64,000 nucleotides of DNA, from NCBI RefSeq assembly GCF_000315625.1, contig NW_005434669.1, positions 695,638 to 759,637 on the forward strand, given 5' to 3'. This stretch comes from Guillardia theta CCMP2712. Its lineage: Eukaryota > Protista > Cryptophyta. Every line of letters begins with the position of its first letter. Within the stretch, counting starts at the first letter, position 1. A model generated the notes under the pieces. It was given only the letters and a program-made list of their open reading frames with translations, did not search any database and had not been told where the DNA came from. The translations under genes were made by a program, and so were the position numbers. This document shows, piece by piece, positions 62,602 to 64,000 of this stretch.

Positions 62602-62678
62602 GATCCAGATGTTTTCATGTTGCAAGCAAGCTGCTGTCTTGCTTTCTATTGTTTTTTTGGAACAAAATGTTTGTCATA

Positions 62679-64000
62679 TCAGAATTGCGACAACAGTTTC
62701 TCCATGATCATTTGTCCCTTCCTCAGGTTGAGGATTCGAATCCTCTCATTGGGCAGGTGTGCGTTGTCCGACGCTTGTCCCATGGGCAAGTGAATTGCTG
62801 GGGCCTTGAGCGTCTGCTCCAGGAAGGTCGTCACACCCCCGTAGCTTCCTCCTTCTCGCACCAGGATGGGTTCTATCCCCCACACCTCGCTCACTGCCTT
62901 GGCTGCTTGCCGGAAGATGTTGTGGTCCGTGTTGCCCAGCCACCAGCCAGACGCCTGAAGGAAGACGACGGACAGCGAGTTGGTGGAGTTCCGCTGACGA
63001 AAGAAGTCGTGGAGATGTTTCCTTAGTGCCTCCTGCAGCTGCCCGATCTCCTGCTTGGGAACGAAGTGCAAGCTCAGGCGCCCGACCACAGCCTTGGGAA
63101 TCTTGCGGAAGACTTGAGAGCGGTTGGTGGTCTCGATGCTGCTGACGCTAATCCATGGCTCTGACCACCTTGACTTGAGGATTTCTTTCCTGTCCTCCGT
63201 GCGGAGCTTGGCGACTCCGATGCTCTTGCAGTAGCTGTCGATGTCGAGCTGCAGGGCGGTGTACCTCGCCTCTTCCTCCTCCGACACCGGCTGTAACCCA
63301 ACGAGCAGCTCCTTGACCTGCATCGCTTGTTAAGGAGGACGTGGAGGTTGCGGGAGGAAGGTGAAGTGAAGGATCAGGAGGAGGTTGGAGGGGAGGACGA
63401 GGAGGGAGAGACAGGGATACCGCCAGTCGTCCTTGTTGGTCCGTGAGAGAGGCAATGAGGGCGGTCAGGTCGTGCATTGGCTCGTTGACGGCTCCTCCGT
63501 CCACTCCCGAGTGCAGATCCTTGCTTGGTCCGGTGACCCAGAGCTCGAAGTCAATGACACCCTGGTAGAAGCGCTAAGGATGAGGAGAGAGAAACAGACA
63601 GGCGAGACGAGACGAGGGAGAGAGATGAGGGTATGTGTGTGGGGAGAAGAGAGCGACGAGAGAGGAGGGAGACTCGGGGAATGTGAACTACGGGGCGGCG
63701 AAGATGAACAGAAGCGAGGAGATAGCTTGAGACAAGGAGAAGGGCAAGGAAGATGAGGAAGAGGAAGAGGAAGAGGAAGGGGAAGAGGATAATAAGGAGG
63801 AATAATAGTGCATGAGGGGGAGAATAGCGGGATAGCAGGAGGAGACTGACCCGCATTCCGTAGGTCAGGCAAGGGCGCTGGTCGTCGATCCAGTAGTTGT
63901 TGCTGATGATGATGGCCCGGCAGTTGCCGAACCAGTGCATGTGGTCGACGATGATCTCCTCAAGGCCTCGCTCGGAGAGGCTCAGGCCGCTCTCTTCCTC
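62679..64000 (-). CDS. M20 metallopeptidase, Dug2-like (3' part; continues beyond the window)
   Basis: EEESG, SNNYWIDDQRPCLTYGMR|G, KDLHSGVDGG, WWLGN, PILVREGGS, LPMGQASDNAHLPNER. Confidence 0.85.

Overview
Gene-dense, intron-rich eukaryotic nuclear DNA. Short GT/GC-AG introns, abundant GA-rich microsatellites and a signal peptide + 'AF' bipartite plastid presequence point to an alga with a red-derived complex plastid, most consistent with a cryptophyte (inference). ~600-12150 is a mosaic of short, shuffled, sense and antisense fragments of one CRE-like (RT + Zn-knuckle + restriction-like endonuclease) non-LTR retrotransposon, partly amplified as a ~1.75-1.9 kb tandem unit, followed by a (GATAGAG)n satellite. 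The rest holds about 20 multi-exon genes: a 30-aa-repeat protein, class I aldolase, a longin-like protein, plastid-targeted ALAD/HemB, a USP35/38-like deubiquitinase, an OB-fold protein, a collagen-like protein, a SEL1-repeat protein, TBCK, a PRCC-WW protein, RPB3, a FabG-like SDR, an RBM22-like factor, a bacterial-like polysaccharide deacetylase, a Methyltransf_24 protein and a partial Dug2-like peptidase. The standout is 55370-62601: one ~2,260-aa gene with four complete pyruvate kinase units in tandem (a possible single-chain tetramer). It has an N-terminal MGCGSS acylation motif, near-identical catalytic cores including their intron, four divergent regulatory C-domains, and a canonical EF-hand loop in the first C-domain. 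Exon boundaries were read by eye and several gene ends are approximate.
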